Origin: Tubiluchus corallicola
Taxonomy: Eukaryota; Animalia; Priapulida
DNA length: 64,000 nucleotides
Assembly (NCBI GenBank): GCA_030141605.1
Contig: JAQGDQ010000456.1
Coordinates: 88,672-152,671, forward strand
Reading direction: 5' to 3'
Shown: piece by piece, positions 62,166 to 64,000 of the stretch
Layout: the number at the start of each line of letters is the position of its first letter
Position numbering within the stretch: position 1 is the first letter of the stretch
Notes under the pieces: model-generated
Told to the model about the DNA's origin: nothing
The model's input: the letters and a program-made list of their open reading frames with translations, nothing else
The model's database searches: none
Translations under genes and position numbers: made by a program

Positions 62166-64000
62166 ACATTGTCACATGAGTGTCGTAAATTAAAAAATGG
62201 CTGTTGCAGCTTGGTGATATGGTATTTTGTGCCCGGGTGTTCAACATTGTCACACGAGTGTCGTAAATTAAAAAATGGCTGTTGCAGCTTGGTGATATGG
62301 TATTTTGTACCTGGGTGTCCAACATTGTCACACGAGTGTCGTAAATTAAAAAATGGCTGTTGCAGCTTGGTGATATGGTATTTTGTACCTGGGTGTCCAA
62401 CATTGCCACACGAGTGTCGTAAATTAAAAAATGGCTGTTGCAGCTTGGTGATATGGTATTTTGTACCTGGGTGTCCAACATTGTCACACGAGTGTCGTAA
62501 ATTAAAAAATGGCTGTTGCAGCTTGGTGATATGGTATTTTGTACCTCGGTGTCCAACATTGCCACACGAGTGTCGTAAATTAAAAAATGGCTGTTGCAGC
62601 TTGGTGATATGGTATTTTGTACCTGGGTGTCCAACATTGTCACACGAGTGTCGTAAATTAAAAAATGGCTGTTGCAGCTTGGTGATATGGTATTTTGTAC
62701 CTCGGTGTCCAACATTGCCACACGAGTGTCGTAAATTAAAAAATGGCTGTTGCAGCTTGGTGATATGGTATTTTGTACCTGGGTGTCCAACATTGTCACA
62801 CGAGTGTCGTAAATTAAAAAATGGCTGTTGCAGCTTGGTGATATGGTATTTTGTACCTCGGTGTCCAACATTGCCACACGAGTGTCGTAAATTAAAAAAT
62901 GGCTGTTGCAGCTTGGTGATATGGTATTTTGTACCTGGGTGTCCAACATTGTCACACGAGTGTCGTAAATTAAAAAATGGCTGTTGCAGCTTGGTGATAT
63001 GGTATTTTGTACCTCGGTGTCCAACATTGCCACACGAGTGTCGTAAATTAAAAAATGGCTGTTGCAGCTTGGTGATATGGTATTTTGTACCTGGGTGTCC
63101 AACATTGTCACACGAGTGTCGTAAATTAAAAAATGGCTGTTGCAGCTTGGTGATATGGTATTTTGTACCTCGGTGTCCAACATTGCCACACGAGTGTCGT
63201 AAATTAAAAAATGGCTGTTGCAGCTTGGTGATATGGTATTTTGTACCTGGGTGTCCAACATTGTCACACGAGTGTCGTAAATTAAAAAATGGCTGTTGCA
63301 GCTTGGTGATATGGTATTTGTACCTGGGTGTCCAACATTGTCACACGAGTGTCGTAAATTAAAAATTGGCTGTTGCAGCTTGGTGATATGGTATTTTGTA
63401 CCTGGGTGTCCAACATTGTCACACGAGTGTCGTAAATTAAAAAATGGCTGCTGCAGCTTAGTGATATGGTATTTGTACCTGGGTGTCCAACATTGTCACA
63501 CGAGTGTCGTAAATTAAAAAACGGCTGCTGCAGCTTGGTGATATGGTATTTTGTGCCCGGGTGTCCAACATTGCCACACGAGTGTCGTAAATTAAAAAAT
63601 GGCTGCTGCAGCTTGGTGATATGGTATTTGTACCTGGGTGTCCAACATTGTCACACGAGTGTCGTAAATTAAAGAATGGCTGCTGCAGCTTGGTGATATG
63701 GTATTTGTACCTGGGTGTCCAACATTGTCACACGATTGTCGTAAATTAAAGAATGGCTGCTGCAGCTTGGTGATATGGTATTTTGTGCCCGGGTGTCCAA
63801 CATTGCCATACGAGTGTCGTAAATTAAAGAATGGCTGCTGCAGCTTGGTGATATGGTATTTGTACCTGGGTGTCCAACATTGTCACACGAGTGTCGTAAA
63901 TTAAAGAATGGCTGCTGCAGCTTGGTGATATGGTATTTGTACCTGGGTGTCCAACATTGTCACACGATTGTCGTAAATTAAAGAATGGCTGCTGCAGCTT
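62166..64000. repeat. 78-bp satellite (77-bp variants distally), running off the window end
   Basis: ACATTGTCAC recurs at 62166, 62244 and onward; the 26-codon period explains the long repetitive ORFs. Confidence 0.97.

Noticed and set aside
62164-63362. 397-aa and 367-aa ORFs on opposite strands
   Set aside because: By-products of a stop-free 78-bp repeat unit; frames break where 77-bp units begin; no domain or gene context.

Overview
AT-rich, repeat-dense animal genomic DNA, most likely from an invertebrate bilaterian; it is not prokaryotic and holds no CRISPR array. Two protein-coding genes are supported, arranged divergently. (1) A minus-strand gene with six coding exons (23873->1883, 242 aa), most of which is absent from the ORF track. 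Splicing it by hand gives a type I membrane EGFR-ligand precursor. It has a Spitz/Keren-like N-terminus (signal peptide then CSRRSTPKPRPP...RPNIT), one EGF domain split by an intron between Cys4 and Cys5, a Spitz-like rhomboid site at the top of the TM helix, and a TGF-alpha-like C-terminus (SETVL). (2) A plus-strand, two-exon DEG/ENaC channel (57683-60596, 539 aa). The rest includes a diverged 5S rRNA copy that appears to head a SINE-like element, LINE 3' fragments (RTE-, I/R1-, RTEX-, Crack- and L2-like), a Penelope fragment with a hammerhead-like motif, a probable solo LTR with heat-shock elements, several MITEs, a cluster of CTCF-like motifs and many unrelated tandem arrays. All family assignments come from recalled motifs; no database search was run.
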